Source of the DNA: Mycobacterium leprae TN
GTDB taxonomy: Bacteria; Actinomycetota; Actinomycetes; Mycobacteriales; Mycobacteriaceae
Reading direction: 5' to 3'
DNA length: 32,000 nt
NCBI RefSeq assembly: GCF_000195855.1
Contig: NC_002677.1
Location: forward strand, 2,970,001 to 3,002,000
Under the pieces are notes generated by a model. That model made no database searches, was not told where the DNA came from, and saw only the letters and a list, made by a program, of their open reading frames with translations. Numbering within the stretch: the stretch's first letter is position 1; every line of letters starts with the position of its first letter. Positions 19,430 to 30,239 of this stretch are shown here, in pieces. The position numbers and the translations under genes were made by a program.

Positions 19430-20464
19430 TACATGATCAGCGCGAGTAATGTCCGAACATCGGTTCGGTGCGCAGCCTCGCACCCCGCCCACGCGGCAAA
19501 TGCAAGCTACCTAGCTTGTGCAAACACTCCTGCACGCGACATCGTCCCCAAATCGTTTGCTGCCCTCCGACCGTCGGATCGCGACGCCACTCGCACTGTC
19601 ATACGACGTCTTATTTCGTTATCCTCAACCTAAACAACATGGTGAATGCGAGTGGCACTAAATGCTATCGTGTTCCTTCGCCAAGGTAGTCGAGCAGTTC
19701 GAAATCCACGGCTACTTTGTGATAGCGCTGGACCGATTGTGCACTGCTATGGCATCACGAGGGCCATAAAAGTAAAAGCACCAACATAGACGCCCGGCGC
19801 ATGGCCTATCGAACTCCAACATGACTGCTGGCTGGGCAAACTCGGGACCCGACATGCCTGGGAATTCCTGCCGGGAACCCATGCCAGCAGCTTGTTACCA
19901 GCAGCCTATTACTAGAGTAATCGCTTCATCGAATTTCGACGGCAGCGGGCAGTGGGTTCTATGTGTTACAGCATGCTTGCGATGGAGTCTGCTGCATCTG
20001 TACTCGGGCTGGCCCAGTGGATCTCCGAATAGGAGGTCCACTGGGCGCCCAACCGAAAACCCCTTCCCTAAAGCACTCGCACGCACCTGACGTTACGTCC
20101 GCATCCAGCTTGCCTGAAAAAAGATTGACGACATCCAACGATTTATTATTGTGGAACCTTGAAGGGCTAATCGTCGGTGTTTGCGGCGCGGCCATCCAGC
20201 TACAAGTGATGTATCAAGCCTAGCACAGTTGTTACCCGAAGCGGCCAAAATCGATACCGTCTATTAACTTGCTCGCTGTCGTGTCGCGCGGAACAGCACA
20301 GTGCGCTGCGTATATGCTCAGAATGACAGGTGATAATGAAGCACGACAAGCGATTGTTATGACTTATCCCTGCGAACGAGACGATCTGCTTCGGTCCCCA
20401 CGTTGCCGGTGAGGGCTTATTCGATGCCGATGCAAAGATCAACGACACGCTGGTCCATAACTAT

Positions 20465-21050
20465 TTGAGCGGCAGGTACCGGATATCCACCGATTGTTAT
20501 CCAACTCAGCACTACCAAGGCGTCAAAAGTGGCCGCTACGCCGCACTGCTGGACATTGCGCAGGACCATGCTTTGCATGCGCTCCACAACTCTGGGCCGT
20601 TAGAAGCCAGCTTGTTGTTCAAGAGCGACACCGCGCTACGCAAATTCAGAACCGGAAATGCCGGCCGCTTCTTGATCGACCTCGATTTCACCGTACCCGA
20701 CGATGAGATGACACTCGCCAATCTGCAAACTCGCAATGGCACCAAGATCGACGGTTTCACCTTCGCGATCCTCAATTTCGATGGGGTCTTTAGGCCCTTG
20801 GAGCACGCTCGACGAGGCGCTCACCCAGCTACTGTAAGTGCTCACGATCTACCGCGACGGGGTCGACGACGGCCGTGGAACCAAACCCGTGAGCCCGAAG
20901 GATGTCCTTAGGCCGCGCAATGTAGCCAACTGCCGTCGAAAGGATATCGGCTATATCATTAGGCCTGTTCGGCTCAACAAATAAATCGCCACCATCCGCA
21001 GCCGCTATACCGTCATTTTCCAACGCGTCGCCTAATAACGGAGTTGAGCC
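20465..21050 (+). pseudogene. AbiEii/AbiGii-type nucleotidyltransferase toxin (DUF1814) relic
   Basis: ORF 20465..20911 contains YAALLDIAQDHALHALHNSGPLEASLLFKSDTALRKFRTGNAGRFLIDLDFTVPDDE. The family N-terminal signature is lvFKGGTAL.k....RfSeDlDF. Here GG has become SD and the motif Ser has become Leu. Downstream the frame is lost; a possible continuation LDEALTQLL*VLTIYRDGVDD lies in another frame. Confidence 0.5.
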
Positions 21051-21539
21051 GACTGCAACGAGCGGGCTCTCTACGAAGTGAACAAGGCATTGGCATCGTT
21101 TTCACTCCATCCACGATAAAATCGTGGAACCAACGGTCTGATGCTTCGGCATCTAAGAAGGGTTCCATCGTCACGAAGACCCCGTCCGTGATCAGGTTAG
21201 ATGTCCTGAATCGACCTCCCAGACCTGAACACACGGATTCGATGCCCGTTCACCAGCTCCATGCTTAGCAAGAAAAACTCGTGATGCGTTCAGAAGACGC
21301 ATTACCACGGTGGTTCGAGTCGGGCTGAGCATCAGAAAGCGCCGTGCCGACACGGTCACTGGCGGGGTGATAAGCTGTTCCGGCACAAACTGCACGAAGA
21401 TTGCTTTCATGGCAGAGACGATCATGCTCAACACTCCACCCAGCATTTTGATCGCAGCATGATCCGTGAACACGGCGAGATGATGAGCCATCGTCCCGTA
21501 CCCGGTGTGCCCGAACGGTGATATCAGTATCTAGCCACT

Positions 21540-22019
21540 TCAGCGTACACCAACAACACAATCCACGCCCGTGTCACCTGCCCCACCAGCACCCACAACG
21601 CCCTCGTCAACCACTCCAGCCGACCCCGGTCGCCATCGGGCAACTCCAAGGCGGCAACCACATACACCGCGATCACCAGCTACTGCCTGGGCAGCAAGCT
21701 CAAGTTAGTACTCGCCGCCGACATCGGGATCGCCAACTCCACGAAGGTTTTCGAATTCCCCGAAATCGAAATCGGCATCCTGTACTACTCTGGCGGCATC
21801 ACCCGGCTCACCTGGATGCTCGGCACCGGACGGACCCGCGCACCGATATTGTGCGGCAAGCGATTAGACATGCAACAATACGAGCAGTGGGGCATTCTCA
21901 TCGCGATCACCGTACCCGGCGAGCATCTGAAGCAGGCAACGGCCATCGCGTGTGAACTCGACGCGCATTCACCGTTGGCGCTGAACATTAACAATGTCAG
22001 TGCTGGACGTAAACCTTGA
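21540..22019 (+). pseudogene. Second enoyl-CoA hydratase (crotonase) gene, decayed
   Basis: Reading AITSYCLGSKLKLVLAADIGIANSTKVFEFPEIEIGILYYSGGITRLTWMLGTGRTRAPILCGKRLDMQQYEQWGILIAITVPGEHLKQATAIACELDAHSPLAL matches the crotonase core (aavnG.alGGG.eLalacD.r.A...a.F..PE...G..p..Gg...L). The oxyanion-hole GGG is degraded and the N-terminal half is frameshifted. Confidence 0.6.
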
Positions 22020-22211
22020 CTTGCCAAAGGAAGCCGCCATTGCTGTTCGAGCAACAGGCCTAAATTTAACAGTATGCCCGGAACAAGGGTCGACACGACA
22101 TGAACCCAGTCAACGTTATGGACATATCGGGCAAGCACAGCTTCTACACCAGACTCCTGACCACCGGCTGCAGCGGACCATTCTTCGACGGCTGCGTTAT
22201 AAGCATAATCA

Positions 22212-23547
22212 GTGCTTGCGTTGCCCGGAGTGGCCGAACAACTCAATCCGATGACCACCGAATCGGGGCTCATCGAATCGGCAACATCTATAAATAATGT
22301 TACTGCTGCGCCAGCAGTATTTGACTTTGTCACCGATCGTTATTGTGCGGAAGAAGATGTATGCCATCAACCTAGCTATGTTGGTGACGAGCTGCACTCG
22401 GTCGGTGCTCGTGACTGCCCCGCGGCAGCTGATCGTGCTGTACTTCGTTATCGGTGCCACCATTGGCGGCAAACTATCCGATCGTGACGTCGCTGCTGAC
22501 CGAGTTCACACCCTCGAGGAATCGAAGTGTAGCGGTAGGCATGTAGGCGTTCTTCTAGTCGGCCACTGCCGTCTTCGCCTTACACTGGGGGCGCTTTGTT
22601 CATCGACATATAAGGCATCAACGACCACTGGCGGATGTTGCTCGTCACGAGCGCGACGCTCAGCATGATTGTCATCATGCTCCAACGCGAAATCCTGGAG
22701 TCGCCGCACTGGCTTGTGCAGACCGGCCGCGTCGCCGACACCTAGAAGAACATCAAGAAAATCTACGATATCGCAGTCGATTTGAGCTTAGCGCGGACCG
22801 ACTAGGCTACCGAAAAGCAGAAGGTCGACTTGCGGGAGTACTTTCGCGGCGAGTACCTGCGTCGGCTAACCATGTGCAGTACGCTGTACCTGGCTGGCGT
22901 CACCCCACTCTATGCTTTACTCACCTTCCTGTCAAAGATCTTGTCCGGCTTCGCGATTCCGGTAAACGAGTCGACGGGTTTGATGATCGAGACCAGCATC
23001 ATCGACCTAATCGTTGCGGGGTCGATCCTCACACTGTACTTGGTCGAGCGGTGGAGACCGCGCCCGATGGCAGTGTCTCTGTTGAGCATAATGGTGATTC
23101 CGCAGGCCTGCCTGCAGGTTGTAGGCGAACGGCCCGTTGTGGTTTATCGTCGCCATGTTGTACATCTACGCGTTCGTGTACGGCGGCCTGGTCATTTTGC
23201 ACTTTAGTGTGGATCTATCCGAACGAACTGTTCCCGACCGAGGTCCACGGGCAACGGCCGTCGGAATGCGATCTTGGGCAGCCGGATTGGAATCACGACC
23301 GGAACGTACCTGCTGCCGCTGAGCATCGCTCTCCCTTGGCGCCGACACGACCATGCTGTCCAGCGAGATTCTCACCGCGGCGGCGTTCGTTATCCTCCTG
23401 GTCATAGCACTCGAAACCAAGGACAGGGCTTCGGAAGAAATCTCGAGCATCCACGAACATCACCACCACATGGATCTGCCCCGCACGTCGGAGTCACGCA
23501 TGCAACCAAATCCTCGAACACAACCCGACACCGTCCAACAACGGTAG
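22212..23547 (+). pseudogene. MFS (sugar-porter / metabolite:H+ symporter type) transporter pseudogene
   Basis: Pieces in all three frames:
- IGATIGGKLSDR
- LLTEFTPSRNRS
- ESPHWLVQTGRVAD
- LREYFRGEYLRRLTMCS
- LVERWRPRPMAV
- WIYPNELFPTEV, RATAVGM, RIGITTGTYLLPL
- VIALETKDRASEEIS
There are several frameshifts and stops. Confidence 0.6.
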
Positions 23548-24484
23548 CCGAGCCACGGTATAGCGGACATAGCGGCTCGTCGATACTTGCGGGTTACTTC
23601 AGGCTCGGGGCAACCACATAACGCGGAACCACTACCTGGGAGGCGACGACCACATCGAGCAGCAGAATGCCTTGGCCGAAGAAGAAAATAAACTATCATT
23701 GGTGATAACGAAACTCTGGTAATTAGCGGGCTCTAAACCTGAATCCGGAGCTATCGACACTAGCTGTCACGTTTGCTTCTGCAACTTCATCGTACACGAT
23801 AGAAAATACCGCCAGCAGCGGGGCGGTGTCGGACTTCCACAACGTGGTGTAGGTAGATGGTAACTCTGGTCCCAAGTGAACGCCTTGTAGTTGGCATCAC
23901 CGACCGTCTGGTAGGTCTTGCGCACCAGTCGACTGCATAACGAGCCGAAACTACCACTGACCCGTAAAGGACCGAGGTGATATCCAGTTCGTTAAGTACG
24001 TTGCGTTGCGCGGCCGACTTGGCCACATCAACGAATCCGTCACGGGTCTAGGCAACATAATCTTACAACGGCTGTATGGTGCAGGGTAGAAACTTGGCAA
24101 GCTGATGTCAATCATGTAACTGGATCCCCGATCTGAGTCCGGCATATCTGCCCAGCAATTAAGCCTTTAAAACTATCGTAGATAATCTTGGCTTGGCATC
24201 AACGACATCGGGAAAACCAAACAGAACGCTCGCCGTGACAAGTACGACAACACCTTAATGCTCATGTCGAAATCTTTCTTCGTTGTGAGCACCCGAGTCG
24301 ACCACACACACTAGGCCACCGCGGTGCCGACCCCAATCAGGGGGCGAGCGTACTGTCCACAGCCAAGACCGAGCAAGGTTTCGACGCTACTACCCAAGAC
24401 ATCATAACCAACGGACTCAGCGAACATATGGCACGCGGTAGTTTGCAAAACCGATTGCCGAGTTGGCGCAGCTAGCATCCTAGG

Positions 24485-24960
24485 TCATATTTCGTGAATT
24501 ACGTTGTAGAACACTACGAAGCCGCTCAAAATCAGGATAGCCGCACGCAATCCGGCATTGTTGCAGTCCATCCACTCTTTTAGCCGCACCAGCGCATCAT
24601 CAAGGCGATTACCGGCGGTCACGTAGGCCAAAATACTGGGATAGCAGCCGTTAAAGCAGCTACGGCGACGAAGCAGGCGGCAACTATCCACGTACCCGCG
24701 ACACCAAGTTCGCCGGCACCGATGGCCAATCTGGCCGCCACATAAATCAACAGTACCTCAACCCTGATCACCACCAGCACCGGTCCGAGGACCACACGCA
24801 GCCAAGACGCCCTGGTGGGCAGTTACTTTATCCAATCATTCCAGCACACCGGATGCCGCGATGAACAGCGCAGTCAGGGCCACAATACCCAGCAGCCCGC
24901 CGCCAAGGAACACTAGGCTACTGTGTCGCTGCCGTGGCACATGTAAGACTACAGTATCGC
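24485..24960 (-). pseudogene. Small integral membrane protein relic (GAP-family-like C-terminus), tentative
   Basis: ORF 24485..24691 ends ...RLDDALVRLKEWMDCNNAGLRAAILILSGFVVFYNVIHEI. Hydrophobic segments upstream (VLVVIRVEVLLIYVAARLAIGAGELGVAG) lie in another frame. Pattern-level evidence only. Confidence 0.3.
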
Positions 24961-25557
24961 CGGGATGATCGACAGCGGCGAGATGCGATAAACAGCGCAA
25001 GCGAAATGAGATCGGTCAACACCGAGCTCCAGCTTTTTTATGCGTTTAGCCATCTTCGCATTGATACCCACGTCTGGACTACAGAGCGCGCCGCGGTTGG
25101 GCTGGTTTTTCCTAAACCTCGGTCATCGGGCCCGATGGTTAATCAACGCACATCGCGTGCGATGACCCGGCATTGTGGGGCAGGCGACACCCACGCTGCA
25201 CCGCCGTAACATCTCGTTTGGGAAGCGGTCGTGGCTGGGTACTGTTCGTCAAGCAACCCACCCGGGAGGGATCAATCGGCAACTCGAATTCATCTTGGAC
25301 ACATTTTCATCTTGCTGTTGACCGAAGCCACCGATGCACTGGTGTCGATTCCGGAAGGCGCATTGATCGTCGACGGCGATAGTACGATCAGACTTTGCCT
25401 GCGAACGAGCAAATGTCCAGTTTAATTACCGTTACACGATGGTATCCTACTATCGATCCAGTTTTTTTCCGAGCTTCGTAGACACCCCCGACCATTTCCC
25501 TCAGACGTTTGCCCGCGATTCTTATAAGGGCGGGTAGCTGCTAGAACCGATAAACCT

Positions 25558-26800
25558 GTGCATCTACCCATCGGGAAACCGCTTAGTCGACCAGCACTTC
25601 GCCGAGACCGGCTCGCACTGCTACCAGCTGCGCTGGACTCGCTGATCGTTGGATTATTGGCCGCCGCAGTGAGTTTTAGTCAGCGTCGGCTGTCCATCTT
25701 TCTGGGTACGACGAGGCGAAAGCATTTCGGCTTCATACGGTCGTTACTGGGTCAGTGGTGGCATATACTGAGCAATGTCGACGGTGTTAACGTCCCGTAC
25801 TATATGCTGGTGCACCGCTGTTTGCCTATATTCCCGGCTATCGCATTCTGGTCTCGCGTGCCAAGCGGTCCTGCTGCTGGAGACACCGTAACCGGAGTAG
25901 TGCTGCTGGGTAGGCAGTTTTCTTATCGGACTGTGGCGGTGGCGGCTGGGGCCATCTGCGCAATCTTGCCGCGATCGACATGAGCAGGCATCGAAACTCG
26001 CCCGTACGCCGTTTCGATGATGGCCGTTGTGTGGCTGACAGTGTTGCTCGGATATGCGGCGTGCTGTGTGTAACGTTCGGATCTGGCTATTTTATGGCTA
26101 CGCCCTAGCGATATCGATTCTTCTCGATGCGTACCTCGTGTTGTTAGCTTATGCATTATTTACCGTCACCTTCCAGCACACATGAACCATTCGATCGCGG
26201 TTCGTTATTACGTCCGGTGTTGACAATTGCGCTGTGACACGATTTTTGTTTTAAGCCATCGGGAAAGTACAACAAATCAACTGGATCGAACCGAGTAGAC
26301 AGCAAAGGTTCGAAGATATAATAATATCATACTATTTCGAACGAAGCCCCGCGTTTATGGTTTTGTCGTAACTTTTCACAGGAACAGCTATTTTGTGGCT
26401 GTGCACATCCGCACAACTTATTACCGGAGATCGATAACTGTTGACACATGCGATAGCGCGACTTTCCACCCCTACCGCTCTTATCCTCTTGTGGTCGGCT
26501 GCTGTCCACCCGATCTACACACCCCGCTACTTGTCGTTAACCGTGCCAGCACTACTCGTGGATGTCTTCATCGGCCGCATCGCTTCCGTGTCCGTAAAGT
26601 CTTGGATAGCTACAGCTCTCGTCCACCTTTTCTCTCTGACCTCAGTTATTGACTTGCCTGCGTGCGTAGCGCAGCCCGTATGTCAAATACTTAATGGATT
26701 ACAATTACAATCAAGTGACCGATCTGATCAGTGCAAGCAGCACCAGGTGATTGCTTACTCGTGAACGACACAGTAACGTTCCCGCCTTCTCCAATGCGCC
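25558..26800 (+). pseudogene. Polytopic membrane glycosyltransferase-like (GT-C / PMT_2-like) relic, tentative
   Basis: ORF 25558..25983 reads RRDRLALLPAALDSLIVGLLAAAVSF...LGQWWHILSNVDGVNVPYYMLVHRCLPIFPAIAFWSRVPSGPAAG..VVLLGRQFS. This resembles the N-termini of mycobacterial polyprenol-dependent mannosyltransferase-like membrane proteins. Further hydrophobic pieces follow at 26441..26640. The region contains an AT-rich unreadable stretch at 26160-26400. Confidence 0.35.
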
Positions 26801-26979
26801 CATTGACGGTGGAGCGTCCTGGTGGCTACCGGAAACTAATCAGCTTCACCCTTCGGCAACAAGCTACGGACCAGCAATGACGTCTTCTACACCAATCTCA
26901 TACCAGACGTTGTCACCGAGCCGTTGAGCCACTGCGGAGTCGTGTGGGCCATCACCCCAAGCCGAGACCTCACAGCCGG

Positions 26980-27001
26980 CCCATGAGAAGCCCATGAGAA
27001 G
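26980..27001. repeat. 11-bp perfect tandem duplication CCCATGAGAAG x2
   Basis: Read directly from the sequence. The length is not a multiple of 3, so it would shift the frame of any gene it fell in. Confidence 0.9.
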
Positions 27002-27189
27002 GGTGTAGCGCTGCAGGCGGGGTCGGCTTGTTACGGAGCAACCTCATCAGCCTTCGCGGTTCGTCACAACCTAGGCCTTACGGCTCTGGCCGGGCGCGGG
27101 CAGTTCAATCTCATCCAGGTGATCAAAACGATGAAGTAGCCGCTAACAGATACTTATGTAGTAGATGAGTATGGCCTGCGGCAAAATAC

Positions 27190-28012
27190 TCAGGGCGGAT
27201 AACCAGCACTCAGGCCGCCGACCACCATGGTGAACGTAGGAGTCATCCAATAGCACGGATTGTTGAACAGCCAACGTATGTCATCGACATTACTGTACAA
27301 CCGATATGGGTCTATTAGAACATTGAAGTAGGGTTTGGCGCTATCGACATAGTCCCGCCAGAATTTGCAACCTTCTCCATTACAACACATTAGCCAGGTG
27401 TGCCAGTCCCTGTCGATCAAACCGGAAATCGTTTTCCCCTTTCCAGATTTTTCTATTTTATGCAATCTGGACCGTGGTGAACGACGCCCACTGGCTGTTG
27501 CTATACCATTCGAAAAGCCGACCTTGCCGTCTAGCAGGGAATCCTCATTGACACGCCAGAACGAGGACATCGGACCGGGAAAAATTCCAGTTTTTTATCC
27601 GCGCTTCCCAAATTTAATTTGATCATGCTGCGTAAGTTGCCACACAGTTTAGCACCGTAGTAGGTGCCAACTTCTTGAATGGCGCAGAGGACGAGGTTGG
27701 AATTGTCATCGATGAACAAACTTCAGCGATCGTCGCGGTATATCCGTCGCGACCGACGGAAACATATCGTCCTGCCAGCTCTGCACCGCCCCACTTGGCT
27801 GGACAGATCCTGCACCCTCCGGGCTAGCCGCCTGACAGTAGCACCCGATCGCCCGGTGTGGACTGGCATTAACGCGGGCTGTCCCCCGGGCCTTATGAGA
27901 CACGAACGGCGACTTCCAGCATGCCGATTCCCCCATTGTCAACAACATGCTATGACAAGCCGCCTCAAAATACCGCCGGTCGTTAGAAAAACCAATTCCT
28001 TCGTCTTAGCAT
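27190..28012 (-). pseudogene. GH16-type beta-1,3-glucanase paralogue (copy A), decayed
   Basis: Minus-strand pieces:
- MLRRRNWFF (signal-peptide-like start at 28012)
- FIDDNSNLVLCAIQEVGTYYGAKL
- SSFWRVNEDSLLDGKVG
- DRDWHTWLMCCNGEGCKFWRDYVDSAKPYFNV...WLFNNPCYWMTPTFTMVVGG
These run parallel to copy B but are more divergent. Several frame breaks are present. Confidence 0.55.
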
Positions 28013-28039
28013 GTTTCCCCAGACAACTTTCGCAAACAA

Positions 28040-28920
28040 TGCTATGAAACCACGCATCGTGGTTAGCACATATCTCCACAGCCGCGTCCAGTCGACGAGC
28101 ATTTCTGCCGGATAAGCACCACGCACAGGGTCACCACCACCTTAACCACCAACAGCAAGATTCAAGACCGGAATCATCGTATAGTCGGGATCAATTGAAT
28201 GGCCACTGGCGGACTGGGTCGTTGGGATTTTCGATGCCGGTCGCTAAAACACTGGAATCTGGAATAGGGTTCCATGCTATCTGCGTAATCCGGCCAGAAG
28301 TACATGCCGATTGTATTCCAGGTGACTCACTAGTTATGCCACACGTTGTCCACCACAATCGGGGCGTCTCAAAAGCTGTGCCCTCGGGGTTTGCGTGGAC
28401 CGTATTCCCGACGGCCACTCTCCGTTGCCGTACCACTCCATGAGATCGACTTCTCCGCTGCGACTAGGGTCATCATTGGACAAACCACCAAGCAGACCAG
28501 CAACCGCTGGTAAAGCAGTTGAGTTTTATTCGTGCTTCCCAAGTGGTCCCGATGGATCCTCGCCAAGTACCATTGACTAAGCTACCGAAGTAACCGGTGC
28601 GGTCTCTTCTGGCGCTCATAACGAGATTGCAATTGCTGTCAAGAAACACGTTTTGGCGACTTACCCAAAAAACTTCGGTTCTGTCAAAACCGGCCGGGTT
28701 CCTGATCAACGTGCGGTAGTTTTAAAACACAATCCACGTCGACCGGTCCGGTGATAAGCCCGCTGAACCGGAAAACTCGTCGTGAAACAGGAATTCCCCG
28801 GATTGTGTCGTGGGCGCGGCAGGAGGTGGTTACAGTGGGGAAGCTCTTCTTTCAGCATCGGGTCAGCGGCAGCGAATGTGCCTAACCCTGCCATCATCAC
28901 GCGGAGACGATCAAGACTCT
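28040..28920 (-). pseudogene. GH16-type beta-1,3-glucanase (Rv0315-like, copy B), decayed
   Basis: Minus-strand pieces:
- LDRLRVMMAGLGTFAAA
- FHDEFSG
- IRNPAGFDRTEVFWVSRQNVFLDSNCNLVM
- GYFGSLVNGTWRGSIGTTWEARIKLNC
- LSNDDPSRSGEVDLMEWYGNGEWPSG (GH16 E-x-D-x-x-E motif)
- VHANPEGTAFET, NPNDPVRQWPFN, VLNLAVGG, EMLVDWTRLW
There are frameshifts and stops, and no stop at the position where I recall Rv0315 terminating. Confidence 0.6.
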
Positions 28921-29079
28921 AGCATAAGCCAAGGACCGTAGCAGCCAGCGCGCAGCTGCCCTGAAACCAACCGACGCAGCAATCTAAGCTTCCGTCAATT
29001 CGGTTGAGCAAATCGGGCACGCAATTGAAACTACCGAAGCACCGCAACCCCTCCAAAAGGACCGAAAGCTCCTCAGGTA

Positions 29080-29812
29080 ATGGCCCATTATGCACGATCC
29101 GGTGTGGCAGCATCGGGTCATGGAACCCCAGGATGGTCCGAAGCCCGTATCCGGGAGTGGAGCGCCCGCTGGCCAACTAGGAACACTGTACCCGAACTGT
29201 GGGGGAATGCAGCCACCACACAGTTACAGCTATGTACTCGTCCTGCCGGTTTCTCCGCCGCCGTCCTCCGATTACGACGGCCCGATCCGGGACCTGTCGC
29301 CAAGACCGCACTTGGGCATTCGCCTGTGGTGGACCCGGTGAACGTTGTGTTAATGTTGACTGCCGTCGGCGGCATAGCCACATTAAGCGCACACCGATTG
29401 TCCCACGGCAACTTCGTCATTTTGTCCCTTACCCCTGAGTATTTCCCGTCCCAGTTCACCGAGAAGGAGCCCCAGCAGCCCGGGTTCCCTGTAAGTCGGT
29501 CTCAAACGTCCAACGCTAGAGCGTCGACACCACCGACGACCAAGCCCGCTCCATCAGCATCTCCGGCGTCAATCAGAGCAAGATGACCGTTTGTAACAAC
29601 AGCATTGTGGGCGTCAGCTGGAGTCTCCAAACACCGTCGTTATCACCGGCCATCGTGCCAACCTCACCCTGTCCGGCGTGAAGAACTCAGTCACCGTCGA
29701 CTCGGGCGACACCATCGACACACCCGGCTTCAACAACCAAGTCATTTATCGCTCCGACTTACCGAGCATAGACAAGTCCAACGACTCGGACGTCGTCCAA
29801 CAGAGCTGGCTG
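29080..29812 (+). pseudogene. Membrane / Pro-Thr-rich protein with a DUF3060-like C-terminal beta-repeat, frameshifted (tentative)
   Basis: ORF 29080..29586 contains a hydrophobic segment (VVDPVNVVLMLTAVGGIATLSA) and PPTTKPAPSASPAS. This is followed, across two frames, by MTVCNNSIVGVS / NTVVITGHRANLTLSGVKNSVTVDSGDTIDTPGFNNQVIYRSDLPSIDKSNDSDVVQQS. That is the G.xN.V.v repeat style of DUF3060 proteins. Confidence 0.35.
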
Positions 29813-29815
29813 CGA

Positions 29816-30208
29816 CTACAACTGTTGCGTCGACTCTTGGTGAGAGTCGAGCACACTGACCGCGATGCCGTACGGCAAAAAGCGCACTTTGCGCTTCGGA
29901 TCAACGTTGTTCTTGTTCGCCCGCAGAGCATCGAGTTCGGTTGCATAAACCTGTTCGACCCGAGCGGCGCCGTCGCCGGTCACGGTGTAGATGGCCCACA
30001 CACCGTCACCGGCCTCATCGGCGGTTTCCTGCGCGGGACGTGCACGCCGTGACAAGTCCTCGAAGATCGCCGACCATGCTGTCCGAACACCTGGGCCACC
30101 GACAAATCGGCTGATCCGCTCAAAGGCGTCGCGCAGTCCCTCACTACCCTCCTTGATCAGTCGATCGAAATCGTCGGGATCAAATCCGAATGCACTGTAC
30201 TCGCCCAC
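29816..30208 (-). CDS. Conserved hypothetical protein, 130 aa from the GTG at 30208 (the ORF track extends to 30238). Its position fits Rv0313 as I recall the gene order
   Basis: The open frame has coding-like composition: GEYSAFGFDPDDFDRLIKEGSEGLRDAFERISRFVGGPG...WAIYTVTGDGAARVEQVYATELDALRANKNN. AAGGAGG lies 4-5 nt upstream of the internal GTG at 30208, so the 10 upstream codons are probably 5' UTR. Confidence 0.6.
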   Translation of the reverse strand: MGEYSAFGFDPDDFDRLIKEGSEGLRDAFERISRFVGGPGVRTAWSAIFEDLSRRARPAQETADEAGDGVWAIYTVTGDGAARVEQVYATELDALRANKNNVDPKRKVRFLPYGIAVSVLDSHQESTQQL

Positions 30209-30239
30209 CCGACCTCCTTGCTGTTGGTAGCTGGACACT

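Noticed and set aside
19430-19820. Search for an integrase or att repeat immediately 3' of tRNA-Gly
   Set aside because: I translated all frames on both strands by eye and saw no tyrosine-recombinase motifs (R..HxxR..Y region) and no copy of the tRNA 3' end. An active or recognisable mobile element is therefore not supported.
21013-21491. Minus-strand ORFs of 73 and 99 aa, considered as possible pcp / Rv0316-Rv0320 remnants
   Set aside because: I could not match them to pyrrolidone-carboxylate peptidase motifs or to any other family from memory, so they are left unassigned.
21785-22333. 182-aa minus-strand ORF
   Set aside because: It overlaps the 3' half of the crotonase relic and the 5' end of the MFS relic in antisense. 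I recognised no motif, so it is probably fortuitous.
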